A DNA stretch of 56,737 bases, filler included, from Thelocarpon superellum (GCA_026025795.1; 4 parts of 4 records of this genome joined end to end with filler, not necessarily neighbours in it), one strand, 5' to 3'; counted from the whole stretch's first letter, positions 14,314 through 29,007 are shown. Made by a program: numbers and translations. The notes: generated from the letters alone by a model not told the origin.

Positions 14314-15642
14314 GCGTCGGCGTCGGCGTCGGCGAGCGTGCCGGCGTTGGCGGTAGGGCCAGGATCTGCAAGGTTCCCCGAAAGGAGAATGGCATTCTTC
14401 TTCGCCTTCTCTCGCCAGACGAAACCACGTCCTCTGTTCCAATCGCGGTGGTTCTCGTCCCGTCCTCCCTGTAAACTGCCCAGTACGGTATGTCGTGTCG
14501 ACCATCCTCCGTCTGTGCTACGATTTGCCCCCCTTCGCTCGACCAACACGCGGGGACTAGCCCCTTTAGCGTGCGTTTGATCATCGGGCTGGAGATCGGC
14601 CTGGCCTCGAGTTTGGCGTCGTTCCAACTGATCGCTGTCGATAGAGGAGACTTTCGGCCCAGCAACGCGACGTCGGCTTGCTGAACTTTGACCGAAGGTT
14701 GAAGGTCTATCGTCCACGGACCGTGCAGTAAGTTATGCCAAATGCACTCGTAACAGTAAAGCGAATGGGGTGGAGTGCCCCGGCCGCTTCACGATGAGGC
14801 CCTCGTACCTGTACGAAGGATCGCGTGCGTTGCCGTGCCCTATTTTGGTACCTTCTACGGACCGACGTGCCGTCCCTGCCAGCTCCCGGTAAAAGTTGCG
14901 GTCCGCCGTTCGAAGTTGTTCGGTTGGCCCATGGAATATGGCCCATGGAATAGTAGTCCAGGTGCGCAGTGGCAACCGGAGTACGGCGCTGGGCCAGTCG
15001 ATACGGCGTACCGGCGGCTGAAACACGACGGGAGGAGTTTGCGCCACCGATCTTCCCACCCCAGCCAACCGAATCCATGTACCGCCTGAATCAGCATTAT
15101 TGACGCGCGCGCGAGCTCCATCCGCCGAGCTCGACTGGACATGCCACCAGCTGGCCGGCCTTTTGGCCATCGCGGCGCGGCGCCGTGGGTTATTCTGGGT
15201 CGGACCGCGAGCTCGTTGACGCCGGTAGTTCTATTCTTAATGTCCTCTTGGACTTCACGGTCTAGAATCGAGGCCAGTTCTTCGCCGGCCACATGTTGCT
15301 TGCTTTCCTCCGGCCTGCCGTGGCATCGTCCGGGTCTAAAGGCGCGTCTCCACATCGGGCCACACGTGACTAATTGCAGTCTCAACTACTTGCCTACACC
15401 GGAATGGAGGTGCACACAACGTTGGCCCAAACATGAACTGTTCCAGGCGTGAAAGTTATGTCGATGCTGATCGAGCCTATCCTTTCTCGTTGCCCGTGGA
15501 CTAGGCCATACATTTAGGCGACGGATGAGACGGACGAAGCCGCAAGATGCACGGTGCTGCTGCGATGGTTAAGGTGACAGCAGCGACGATCCAACGATCT
15601 GGACCGTCGCGATGCTTGGCGTTCTGGTTGACATCTTGGGCC

Positions 15643-16598
15643 TCAACGCCGACGGTCGATCGGGCCTTTGCGGGGACCTTTCTGTGGCCCCTGGATGTGG
15701 GCCACATCGCGTTTGCTCAGGCGAAGTGTGCCTCCAGTAAACTTGCCCACACCGGGTTGCCCCACGCCCCGCTCCCTGCGGTTCTCTCGACCCTTGGACG
15801 GGGCCTTGACCTTTTCCAATACGATGCCGTTCGCCTTGGCTTCGCGCCGTCGCTTTTCTTCGCGGGTGGCGGCTTTGGCGACGATGCCTCGACGATGCGA
15901 CAGCGGCATCTTCTCTTGCGTGAGGACGGAGGTCTTTGATCCTAGAGATTGAATACGCAGATCGATGGCTTTATGCCGATTGGCCCCGGACGGCGCCAGG
16001 GATGAGGATGGATCGAGCAAGGCCGATTCCTGCAGTAGACGTTGTAGGGCGATGTCGTGCTTGACGTTGGCCGCGTCGTCATCACCAGCGGTGTCAACGC
16101 GCGACTCTCGGTCCTGGGCCCGTGGTGCCGGACTCGTCGCCGTCGGAGGTTTCGATGTCTGCTGGGGTCAGTGGTGGAGGGTCCATCCTTGGTGCAGCTT
16201 GTCATACCATGAACGTCTTTAGCTCTGCCCGGGGTGGCTCGCTGGTCTGGGAGAGGTGTTGGGCAGAGTAGTCAACGATTTCGGGCCCAAGCTCGTCTGC
16301 ACGAACACATCAGTTGCCATCGTCGCGTTGATGTGGGGGCGAGCAAACCATCTTCATCATTGGATAGCCCGTGCCATTCTGGACCGTCGTCCAACGTGGC
16401 ATCAGGTGTCACAGGTCGTACCTCTGTCGACGGTGCCTTCGGCTTGGCCAACGGCTTGAAGCGGTCCTCGAAATATCGACGGAAAACAGCTTGTGCCTCA
16501 TCGTCCGTGTGCATGTCCGTGTCCAGTTCTCGGCCATTTCTGGCAGTTGGTGAAGAGTGCAGACTTTTCTCACCCGGTCTCTTTCGTTTGCCAATCAT
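15643..16598 (-). CDS. FAF1: 40S ribosome assembly factor Faf1-like protein, 2 exons
   Basis: MIGKRKR...AQAVFRRYFEDRFKPL; C-terminal QEKMPLSHRRGIVAKA..RREAKANGIVLE..RRERGVGQPGVGKFTGGTLRLSKRDV; one intron near 16346-16298. Confidence 0.82.
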
Positions 16599-16798
16599 CG
16601 CGGGGCCTTGATATCCTGCGAATTCTGGAGCTGACTGATGTGGGGCCTGGCTCGCGTCGGGAACTGCCGCATTGAACCATCGCCGCCACACATGCTTTCC
16701 CTCGCCGTGCGGCCATCCCTCCGCGTTCCAATCACCACCACCCCACTAACACGGTCCACCGGTCGCCGAGCCGTCATCGCGGGAAGACCTCTGTCCCA

Positions 16799-17694
16799 AT
16801 GACTCGTTTTCGACCGTGTATCGATTTGCATTCTGGCCAAGTCAAGCAAATCGTTGGCGGGACTTTGACCACGGCGGAGGAAGAAGTCAAAATTAATCAT
16901 GTATCAACACGGTCGTCGAGCTATTTTGCGGCGTTGTATCGAGAAAAGGGATTGACCGGGGCACATGTCATCATGCTCGGTCCCAACAATGAAGCCGCTG
17001 CTCGCGACGCGCTGCGGACGTGGCCAGCAGGTTTACAAGTGGGCGGTGGGATCAACGCGGCGAACGCGCCGGAATGGATTGGTTGGGGCGCGCAGAAGGT
17101 AGGCTCCCGCTCCTCTTTCCTTCCGTCCATACCCCGGGAAGATAGGGTCGCAGCTGAGGGGGAAAGTAGGTCATCATCACGTCGTATCTGTTTCTTGACG
17201 GAGTGCTCTCCCTTGATCGGCTCCATTTGGTCCTACGCGCGTTGGGTGATGATCGGGAGAAGCTGGTGATCGACCTGAGCTGTCGCCGCCACGCGGAGAC
17301 GTGGGTCGTGGCTACGAACAAGTGGCAGACGCTGACGGATGTGGAGGTTAATGAAGGTATGCCACCGGACGATCAATTGTCTTGGCCAGCATCATTCACG
17401 TTCGATCTAGCCACCATCAAACTCCTTGAGCCCCACTGCTCGGAATTTCTGATCCATGCCGCGGACCACGAAGGATTGCAACGGGGCGTTGATGAAGAGC
17501 TGGTCCGCAGGCTCGCACTATGGTGTTCGATTCCGGTAACGTATGCTGGTGGGGGGCGAAACGTCGCTGACCTGGAGACCGTGCGTGAATTGAGCATGGG
17601 GAAGGTGGATGTCACCATCGGGAGTGCATTGGACATCTTCGGTGGCAATGGAGTTACGCTTGATGAGTGTGTAGCATGGAATGAACGACAATGA
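16799..17694 (+). CDS. HIS6: ProFAR isomerase (eukaryotic HisA), 3 exons
   Basis: MTRFRPCIDLHSGQVKQIVGGTL, LQVGGGIN, KVIITSYLF, LVIDLSCR, EFLIHAADHEGLQRG, TYAGGG, TIGSALDIFGG; introns near 17099-17169 and 17357-17410. Confidence 0.96.
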
Positions 17695-18466
17695 TGAAAA
17701 AGAGCCCGATTCCTGACCAGTAGAGGCCAGGAGGTGAGGTGGTCATGGACATTGATTTAGGATATGTATTCACACGAGCGCTTCTGGGAGCAAATAAGGC
17801 AGGCAACACAAATACAACCCTTGCAGTCAATATCACGGAGCTTTTCGAGCAGTGCATGCGTGATCTACCAATGACTGTCACAGACTGATGATGTCTATGC
17901 TCGAGCTGTCCAATCGAGTGGGTATTGATACTGGGACAGCAATTGAAGAGGGAAACCGTTGGTGATCGTGGTGGCCGTCGTAGCATCGAATGTCACACAG
18001 TGTTGCAGTCGTTAGCCGTAGTAGCAGAAGCAGGAACGAGAGCTAGGCCGCCCCAAGTCAAGCCGGCCCGCAAGCACACCATAGCAGCCGCATGCGCTCA
18101 CTGGTACTCGTACTACCAGGGGCGCTCCGTACTCGTTAGACGACATCAGCCTTCAGCAGCAGCCTCCTCCAGACGCGCCGCAGTCGTACAGCGGGACCGG
18201 GTATATACCAGACCAGTCCGATACCTCAACCACTTTTCCTCTCAGTCACTTGTCCAGTAGCTACTCTGTCTGTACCACCCTACGCAGTCGCTCATTCTCA
18301 TCTCTCTTTGTGCTCTCCGCGCCGACTGAAGCCCTTATCCTCCAATCACTACGTCAACGGAGAAGTGGCTGGACTGCGGGTCTGGGGGAACTGCTCCATC
18401 ACTGGAACTCTCGTCATCTTCATCACCACCACTACCAACCACCTGCGACCCCTCCATCTCTTCATC

Positions 18467-19005
18467 ATGAAACCAGTCGTGTCTGCCATCAACGCATGGA
18501 GCTGGTTCGTATCGTCCTCCGCCCGCCCGCCATATCTTTACTCAGGCCTACTGTCCTCCTTCATCGCTAACATGATCACGTCGGGACTGCAGCGTCGTAG
18601 TCAGCGTTTTTGCCATCGTCATCCTCTCGGTCATCGGAGGCCTCTTCCGGGTATGACTCCCTGCGCTCTGTCTCCTCCCTTCCTCACTCCCTTCCTCCCC
18701 CAGCCCGTCACTGACATGGCATATCATACAGAGCGGACACCATAGCATGATGGGCTCCACAGAAGACCCGGAAGACGGCAAAGCAGTGGCAGGCGCCATA
18801 TTCACTGCCGTGATAGTTTATGTGGTACTTCAATAATCCTCTCCTTCCCTTCCTCCCTCCCTCCCTCCCTCCCTAGTGCCAGAGAGCAGCCCACGTCATC
18901 ACTCTTAGCTTACACGCTACTTATCAGGCCTTCCTCGTCTTCTGCGCCCTCCAAGCCTACCTGCATATCCGCCAAAGTGCAAGAGGAGCGATCACGCTAT
19001 CATGA
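18467..19005 (+). CDS. V-ATPase V0 subunit f / RNase kappa-like small two-TM protein (~88 aa), 4 exons
   Basis: Spliced MKPVVSAINAWSC|VVVSVFAIVILSVIGGLFR|SGHHSMMGSTEDPEDGKAVAGAIFTAVIVYV|AFLVFCALQAYLHIRQSARGAITLS*; three GT-AG introns, the first two with clear CTAAC/CTGAC branch sites. Absent from the ORF track. Confidence 0.88.
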
Positions 19006-19681
19006 CATCTCCATCTGAATCGAACGAAGGCTGCGACGTTGTACCGATTGGCGTTGGACTGTAGCTTTTTCCACCACGTTGTCGGTGCCGATTTTGTTGT
19101 CGTGGGACGCTGAGATATGGGCGTGGCGTCTGGGCGCTACCCATGGTCTGTTGACTGCTGCCTGTTGACTGTGGATTGCGTGTGGGTGGTGTTGTTTATA
19201 TGCTACCTTGATACATTGACTCCACGTACACCAAATGCAAGACAGATCGAGATGAGATAGTCCTAGAACATCATCAGCACAGGTATAGAAGAGACCCATC
19301 TTCGGTGTGCACAAGGCAGAGTCCTGATGGTCGTCGTCATCATCGTCATAAAACTGTATCGAGCCATCCTAAACTATCGCTGACGCATCGAAGAAGAACC
19401 TAGTGTGGACTGAGGTGGGTTCGCTCACACCCCTCCGTGCACTACAGGGCATTCATCGCAGCGGCAAGGGGAAGATGAAGCACGAGGGTATCCGCTTGCT
19501 TTCGCTCAATCGACCAATTAATCAGTGCACCCATTCAGTCCCGTCTCGTCTGTCCGTCTGGCTTCGTCGACGTTGTGTCCATCCATCCATCCGTTTCCCA
19601 TTTGTTCTTAGAGACCGTGCTTGATTTTTGTGTGGGTGGAATGGCAAAAGGGAATGGGAAATGAAAGGCAAGAAGTGGGAA

Positions 19682-22600
19682 TCAAGAAAGCCGGGAAGGA
19701 TTGGAAGCAGCGGTGTGAGAAGGACTTTGAGGATCCCGAGTCGGAGTCGTCTGAGGAGACTTATTTTCCGCTACTGATGGACTTCCCGCGATGTTGCTGG
19801 ACAGCCACGGAAGAGGTCGTGATCGGGATTTGCTCCTTTGATCCATCTCAGAGCTGGGAGAAGGAGCAAGGAATGGGGAGTTAGGGTTGGATGACAGCGG
19901 GGTTCGGGACGCGCTTCTCGTGGACTTGCCTGTCCCCTTGTCGTCCTCGTTGGACGCGGCAGACTTGCTACGCGGCTGGCCACCTTCCAAGGACTTGGGT
20001 TTCTCTGTGGCCCCCTTGGCTTGTTTGAGCAAGGACGACGACGGTGCGGCTGGTGCAGTGGACAGGGTCTGTCCGTCGAGCCGCTTCGAAGTTCGGGAGA
20101 CTTTTGGATTCATCGATGGCGCCGAGGCGAGTTCGTCTTCTGATAGCACTGTCGCTGAGGAGGCCGGCTTACTTGGAGTCATCGGCGCAGGAAGAACCTT
20201 GGACGAGCTCGGAGGAAAACGGACAAGGACGCCTGGATTCCCCGTGATGTGGCCCGATGGGCTCATCGCCGTTGCCGTCGCAGAGAGTTCGTCGTGGTCC
20301 ATCCGCACAAAGTCGGCGAGCGAGAGGGTCTGGCTCACTAGGGCAACACAGAGCACCGGGTAGTCAGTCAGCGCCTGAACCTTGGCGCGGACTTTCGTCT
20401 GGATTTGATCGTCATTGTCCGAGGGGCTCGTCAGTGCATCCGAAATATCCGAAGCAAGAAATGAAGCTAAGGCACCTGCGCTGCCCTTGTCGACCTGCTC
20501 CGACGATGGAAAGCTGATGCCCTGGTTCATCATGGCCAAGATCATTGGCACCATTGCCAGCGACAATTGATTGGTTGACCGTCGACGAGACGACACGGAC
20601 TTGGTGTCTTCGGGGCGCGGATCTAGGATGGCCGACGCGATAGTTGAGTGAAGCGGCGCGGCTGGGGCAGCGACTTGGATGATACCCGCTTCGCGGCCAG
20701 ATTCTGGCGGCGGCGACGCTTCCTTAATCTTCGTGCTTGAACCGAGGATTGGTGAGAGCGGCTGTGGTCCTGAGAGCGGTCGAGGTGGCCGGACCGACAC
20801 TGAGGGAAGTTGGAGAGTTGACGGCGCAGCGAAGGTGGGGGATGATGGGAGAGTTGACGGCGCAGCGAAGGTGGGGGATGATGGGAGAAATTGCGTGGCC
20901 GACGACGATGGGATAGGCGTGCCAAGTGACGACGCAGGTGGGAGAGGCACCCCCTGTGACGATGGCGCCGGGAGCTCGACAGCAACAACGGGAGCACCAC
21001 CGACTAGAGAGGTTGACGGAAGCGTGCGGCTGGTCCGAGGCGCCATCATTGGCGAGCCTCCTGCAACAGGCACGCCGAGCCCTGGGAATACCGACGAAGG
21101 CGGTATCATGCTCGCTCGGGCACGCTGCAAAAGTAAGCGCTGATAGGCCTCGGGATCCGAGCGGGAGAGCTGCGTATCGCGCCATTCTTGATCGGCCATC
21201 TGTCGATCTTCCGCCGTCAACGCTTCGTCGTCGTCCCGATGAATGGTCTCGGTCAGTTCGATGGAGCGAATGGCGAGCTGATCTTGGTCCACTTGCGCGA
21301 GCAGTCGATCTAGCACCAACGGATCTTTGCCCCGGACCTCCGAGAGATCTTTCTGCTCCACCGGGAGCGGATCAAACAGATGATCACGTGTGGAGTTCCG
21401 TTGCGCATGGCGCACCGGTCGTTTCTTATCGACGACGCGTGACGCCAACTGCAGCTTGAAAATGCTCTTGTTGTAGATCCGATCTTCAAATGTCCCGCCT
21501 GCGGTGAAGCGATACACGTAGACGGGCTTGGTCTGGCCGATCCGGTAGGCCCGACCGATGGCCTGCTCCTCCCACATCGGGTTGAAGCTAAAGTCGTAGA
21601 TGATTACCCGGTTGGCGCCCCAGAGGTTCAGCCCGAGCCCGCCGGCCCGAGTAGAGATCAGGTAGACGTCGAAGTCGCCCTTGTTGAAGGCTTTGGTGTC
21701 ATGCTGTCGCTCCGAAATCTTCGTCTCCCCCGTGAGTTTGCAGTATCGACGCCTCGTCGCATCAAAGCGACCTTGGAGATAACCCAGGGTCGGAAGACTG
21801 TGCGAGAAGACCAAGGTCTTGTCTCCCGCGGCGACGGCAGCATCGAGGAGTTGATCGAATACCTGGGCCTTGTGGGAGTGTTCCGTTGAACTCAGGCCCT
21901 CGCCGACACTGGAGAGAAGATCCATCTCCGCCTCGATCATGGCCTTTGACATCTCGAGCTTGGTGATGGGTGCATCGCCCGGAGCCGAGCCCACGTCGGT
22001 GATCTCATCCAGCACGATGGCAGCAGACAGAGCGACGGACCGTCGGTGTTCGTCACGCTCCAGGAGCTTGTCGCGAAAGCAGATCGGGTGGTTGCAGAGC
22101 AATGACAGCACCGCGAGCCAATCGAGAAGTCGCGTCTGGCCCACGTCGGCCGCGTGCGACAGGATCGAAGACACGTACAAGCGATAGGCCTTGTTCTGGA
22201 TCTCCGTTAGGGGGACTTTGATCACGAACTCGGTCTTCGGAGGCAGATCGCTCTTTAGCACCGAGAGATCGGCCCGCTGCACCTTGGGATCCAGGTCCCG
22301 GTTGAGCACCAAGAGCCGTCGGGCACTGAAGCGTCGTTCAGCCGGTGTGCTGTCAAAATAGAGACCCGCCTCGATGGGCTCCTTGTACTTGGCCCGGAAT
22401 TCCGCCGACGAGCCCAGGTAGCCGGGAGCGACCCAGTCAATCATGCTGTGATATTCTTCGAGGTTGTTGGCCAGGGGCGATCCCGTGAGCGCAATCCGAC
22501 TGCGCGATCGCAGCTGAGAAGTAGCCAGGGAGATGGAAGAATCCCGGTTTTTCATCTTGTGCGCCTCGTCCGCCACGATGATGTGGGGTCCCTCTAGGAG

Positions 22601-25600
22601 CAATTGTTTAATCAGCCCGTGCTCCTCCTCCGCCAGGGACGGCTTCCGTGCCGCCGTCGTCTTGTTGTGCACCAGGTTCCGATACATATCATAGCCGATG
22701 AGGAGGACTCCTCCTTCGTCGTACCACGCCCGTAGTTCCCGGAGGCGCTCCTCCTTGCTTAGTAACGAATGCACCTTGCGTAGATGCCCGATGCTTTGTT
22801 CCAGCGGGGACGGCACCCACATCAAAAATTCGTCCCACCAATTGTCCAGGAGCGTGGGCGGACAAAGGATGAGCGAGCGGGACTGCCGCATGGCCAACGG
22901 GATCTGCGCTGATACCTCCGGATCCGCCGAGGCCGCCGCCTCAGCGACGGTGACCAGCAAAGTGATGATCTGCATCGTCTTGCCCAAGCCCATGGTGTGG
23001 GCCAAGAGGCATCCTTGTCCCATGGTGTCCATGACAATCTCCCGCCACATGAAACGCACGCCGTTGACCTGATGCGGCTTGATGTGTTTGCCAATCTCGG
23101 GGTTGAGGTAGATGAAGGGCTGGTGGTCGAACTTGCCGGGATTGACGACGATGCGCGACGGGTCGTCATTGAGGCTCGTGTCCTCGATATGGAGCCGCTG
23201 CTTCAACTCTTGCTGCCGACGCGCTTGCTCCTCGATGCGATCTCGGTCCGCCTCACGCACGTTTCGTGCCTGCGCATTCTCCATCACCGGCCGCTTCCGC
23301 TTGCGCCGCGGCGACGGGCCCAGCTTGGTGACGACGTTAACCGGCTCCCCGTCGCTCAGATCCGATGAGTAGGATTGAAGGATGTGTCGCAGCGAGCGTT
23401 GGAAAGGCGCAAACTGGCCGGCATCCTGCAACGCTCGGTTGATGATTTTCAGGGGCCAGCCTTCTTCGACGCTCCGCTTGTGGCAGTCGTACCAGGTGAG
23501 GTACAGACGTGCGAAGCGCGACAGCTCCTCGAAGGTCCTGTCGTCCGCGCCACGAATGCGCTTCCGATTGTCACGGATGGCCTTGAGCGCATGCCAGACC
23601 TCGGGACGAAGGTCCTCAACCGGTACCACTGCAATTCTCCTCACGAGTTCTTCGCGTCGAGGCGTGTTCATATTGTTCACCAGCTTGACGAGCATGCCCA
23701 TCCGGTCCTGGCGTTTCTGGTAGTACGCGTAAGGGCGCTTATTTATCGCCTCCGCATCACTATAGTCAAGCTCCTCCTCGTCATCGACTGCGATCGGGTC
23801 CACCACTTCCACTGTCTCACTCGCATCTTGCAATCGTTGACGGAGACGAGAGTGTCGTAATGGTGGCGTCCGGTGAAGAGTTTCCGCTCCGACGCCTGCC
23901 GACTTGGGCTCCCGAAAGGGATTTCCGTGGCTGGGACCGGGCTCGACTGACACGCTCGCCGAGTCCTCTCCGGCCGAGTCATCGGAAGTCATGGTCAGGT
24001 CGATGACACTCGTGGATGGCAGCTTCGCGATCTCTTCGGCAGAGACTCTCGTGCGCTGTTGAGCCTCCATGTCGTCCGGCTGGGAACCATCCGATTCGGG
24101 GGGAGCACGAGCGGGGACGGCCACGTCAACTATGGGAGCAACGATTGCAGGGGGAGCCAGAGAGTCCGCGGAAGGCACTGGGACATGTCAGTATGTGATC
24201 GATGAGTGGCACCGATGGGGTATAATTACAGGGACGACAACGCATCTTGGCAGCCGACGATATGATATTGTCGTCGTCGTCGCCATCCTCACTCCGTTCA
24301 GCGTCCCTCGCATCTGCCACGACGGCATCTGCGGCAATTTCAGAAGGCGCTTCCGGATCGTCATCTGGCTGAACGAAGGCTTCCATGCTATCTTCACTGG
24401 CCACATCTTCCGCCTCGCTGTCACTCTCTAGCACATCGACCTCGGCGTCATCCGGATCCTGCAAGCTCTGGACTTTGGGCAGATTCCGTCGAGCGGCCGG
24501 CGGTGGACGAGAGGGTTGGTTGGAGCGTTGCAGAACCGCGATGGTCCAGACAAGATCCTCGCGGTCAAAGATGGTCTGTTCCATGACACGACATTGCTGG
24601 CGGATGTGCTTGGCATCGGTCCAGAGCATGCTGGTAATCTCTGCTCGGAGTTTCGGCAAGCGCGTTTGATTGAAGTAGTCAATCTGTCGGGTCGCCTCCA
24701 GGACCTGGCTGCGCTTCGTCCGTTGACGGCGCGACTGTCTCCACAAGCTCCACGCTTTCAGCTCTCGCCGCGGGAGCTTGGTCTCCCTCCATCGTTCGAT
24801 CAACTCGCTCTCGGCTTGGGTGATGGCCTTGCCGATGTCGTCGTGGGTCAGATATCGCGAACGTTTGTGCAATTCAGCATCCCTCTCGGCACGCTCTTTG
24901 TCCATCTCTTTCTGGGCTTCGCTGTCATATTCGCTATCGGAATCAGACTCTCCGCGGGTCGCCGAAACAATGGTGACGTTGTCCATGTAGAAGTATTTCT
25001 CGTACCGAGACCAGTCCTCCCCATGCTCGTCCGGCTTCAAGAGCTCTTTCGACGGAAGATCAAGTCGCGCCTGGCCAGGCGCCTGATCGTTGCCGAATGC
25101 GGGCCAGAAGGCAAGGTCCTCACGCGTGGCGCTAACTCGGCCATCGGGCTGGGCGGCGAACAGGGTGAAGGAAGGATTCTGTTGCTTCACTTCCAGCCGA
25201 CTGGCGTACGGCTGAATTCCCGTATAGAGTTTGCCATCTTGGTGGAAGTCGGATCGTTCAGTTTGAAGTAGGAAGTGTTTCATGACTTGGTTCAGATAGA
25301 GGCGACGTCCGGCTGAGATGTTGGTGGAGGCAAAGGCGTAGCTGTCAGAGTCATCAGGAGCATTGTCATCGGGCTTGGCGTAGGTAACGTCGTTGGAGAG
25401 TTCTTGCCCGAATGAGGAGGAGCCGTAGAACAGCCGGTGCACTGGCAAGGCACGGGGACCAAGGTAACCTTCCGACTCCGCAGGGTCCTCGATCTGCTGC
25501 TTGGCCACCTTGTGAGTGATTGACGTAGACGTAATCCTGGTAGGGGCACGGTCGTCGGCAACCTTGTCTCCACTGGAACGTTGTCGTTGAGTGGCGTCAA

Positions 25601-26291
25601 GGTCCAGCTTACGACGCTTTCTGCCAGATTCATCGATGATGATATGCTCGCCCGTACGAGCCTCGCGGGGTGGACTTGATGACGCCGCCCGCCGTAGCCC
25701 GTCGACTGGGGGAGGATCTGACAGTGGTCGCCCCACGGTTTCGGGCGATGTGTCCGATGCCGCATTGTGCTCTCCAAACGCCTCCTCAGCACTGCCCGGC
25801 GTTCGCATTCCGGAGGGCGCAGTTTCAGATTCGCGATGAGGGGCGAGTCCCGGGGGGAGGAAGTACTGGCCGGACGAACGTGACGATGTTGGCTGAGGCA
25901 GCAGCGAGGTGGGCCCGTGGAGGAGAGACGGGGTAAGTGGCGAAGCCGGACCGAGGTCGTTATCGTGAGCCAGCATGGAAACTCGGCGTGAGACGAGGAC
26001 ATCCTCTCGATATGCTCGGGAGCGGTCCCGCAACGTGTTGATGGCCTTGATGAATGTACCACGGTGGCCCAGCGACGTGATGTTCAGATCTTGACGGAGA
26101 GAGGTGTTGTCCAGCTGCGTCAGTAGGCTCAGGCCGTTCAGGTCATTCTCCCTTAGGGCTTGTTCGAGAATAGCCGGCGGGGGAAGGACGGGCGGCGTGC
26201 GACTGGTCCACCATGACGAATGGTCATCGCAGAAGGCCTTGACCACCTGGTCGACTGTCCAGTCGTACGGATCGTCGCCGGACGAAGCCAT
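19682..26291 (-). CDS. SNF2-family helicase/ATPase (ATRX/RAD54L2-like) with N-terminal SAM-like domain, ~2200 aa
   Basis: LAHTMGLGKT, DEAH, ALTGSPLANN, LISTRAGGLGLNL, QAIGRAYRIGQ; N-terminal WTVDQVV...ENDLNGLSLL...LGHRGTFIKAI. ORFs 24126-26321 and 19682-24178 are joined by one intron ending at 24178. Confidence 0.9.
20813..20888 (-). repeat. 36-bp tandem duplication encoding LPSSPTFAAPST x2 in the SNF2 tail
   Basis: GAGAGTTGACGGCGCAGCGAAGGTGGGGGATGATGG occurs twice in tandem on the + strand. Confidence 0.9.
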
Positions 26292-26899
26292 GGCGGCAGA
26301 AGAAGAGGGCCAACTTGGCAACCTAAGTGGTGGAGATTAGGCCCATGGTCAACTGGGATCCGTAACTGAAGGAGGATCAAGTGCGCTAGAGCCTGACAAG
26401 AGCCAGGCAAAAAGCGGCGAGAAGTGAGGGTGGAAGTGGTTTTGGCTGGAGTTGGAGCGAACCTGAGGTGAGGTGAGGAGGTAAGGATAGCTTGCCAACA
26501 TGGTAGAGACTGAAAGTGCAGAGAAGTACGCGTTGTTGACAGGAGCGTAAGGCTTCAAGTGATAAGACTTTGTGTGTAATACTTATTCACTTTCTTGAAG
26601 GTGGAGGGCCCTGCCCAACGTCGCCTAACGCGCGACCACGTGAGGGCATAAAGTGCTCGTGTGTCCTTGCAGCTTCAGCGTAGATAGGCGAGGCGCTCAG
26701 CCGAGAGCGTGGACAGGCAGAGTGTTAGAATAATGGCGCCGTAGGCGACCTGGATGATCGTTCTTCCTCACAGACCAAATTCCAGTCACCCCTACAAGCC
26801 CGTTTCACCTGAGGTGCTGACCTTGAGCTCCTCCACGACTGCTCGTACTGTACCAGCGCGATGAAGCTGAATTGATTTGTACGCTTCCACTCCGTCATT

Positions 26900-28423
<1,524 letters not shown>

Positions 28424-28523
28424 NNNNNNNNNNNNNNNNNNNNNNNNNNNNNNNNNNNNNNNNNNNNTTAATTAATTAANNNNNNNNNNNNNNNNNNNNN
28501 NNNNNNNNNNNNNNNNNNNNNNN
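28424..28523. other. Artificial contig linker N44-TTAATTAATTAA-N44
   Basis: Same 100-nt linker; truncates GSH2. Confidence 0.97.
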
Positions 28524-28557
28524 TCGGGAGGTGTGGCATTTGGCCGCGTCGACCAAG

Positions 28558-29007
28558 ATGGTGGGTGTCGACACGACCTGTCCGACCATGACTCTCCCCG
28601 ACGGACGCACCCTGGCGTGGGACGAGTACGGCGTGCCGTCCGGCCCGGCCATTTTCTTCTTCCACGGCTGGCCGGGATCACGTCGGGAAGGATCATCTTG
28701 GCCGATGCGGTGGGCCGCATCGGAGCACGCCTGATCGCCGTGGACCGACCGGGCGTGGGCATTTCCTCCCCGCAGCCGTAGCGGACGCTGCTCGATTGGC
28801 CGGCCGACATCCTGAAGCTGGCGGACCATCTGGGCCTCGAGTGCTTCTACGTCACGGCCGTGTCGGCCGGAGGCCCATACGCCCTGGCCTGCGCCAAGGC
28901 CATCCCTGCCCCACGCGAAGCTGACCGTGGTCGAAGGCCAAGGACACCTCAGCCTCGGCATCAACTACCTGGACCAGATCCTGGCCGCCTTGCTCGCGAG
29001 TCGGTAG
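28558..29007 (+). pseudogene. Alpha/beta-hydrolase pseudogene
   Basis: TLPDGRTLAWDEYG..FFFHGWPGSR, frameshift near 28690, IAVDRPGVGISSPQP then in-frame TAG (28779-28781), RTLLDWPAD..AVSAGGPYALACA, then a jump to the C-terminal AKLTVVEGQGHLS..LDQIL in another frame. Confidence 0.85.

Noticed and set aside
14314..15500. Overlapping 100-176 aa ORFs, a presequence-like MAFFFAFSRQTKPRPLFQSRWFSS and a 14-nt tandem duplication at 14925-14952
   Set aside because: I could not build a consistent spliced model or recognise a domain; likely non-coding.
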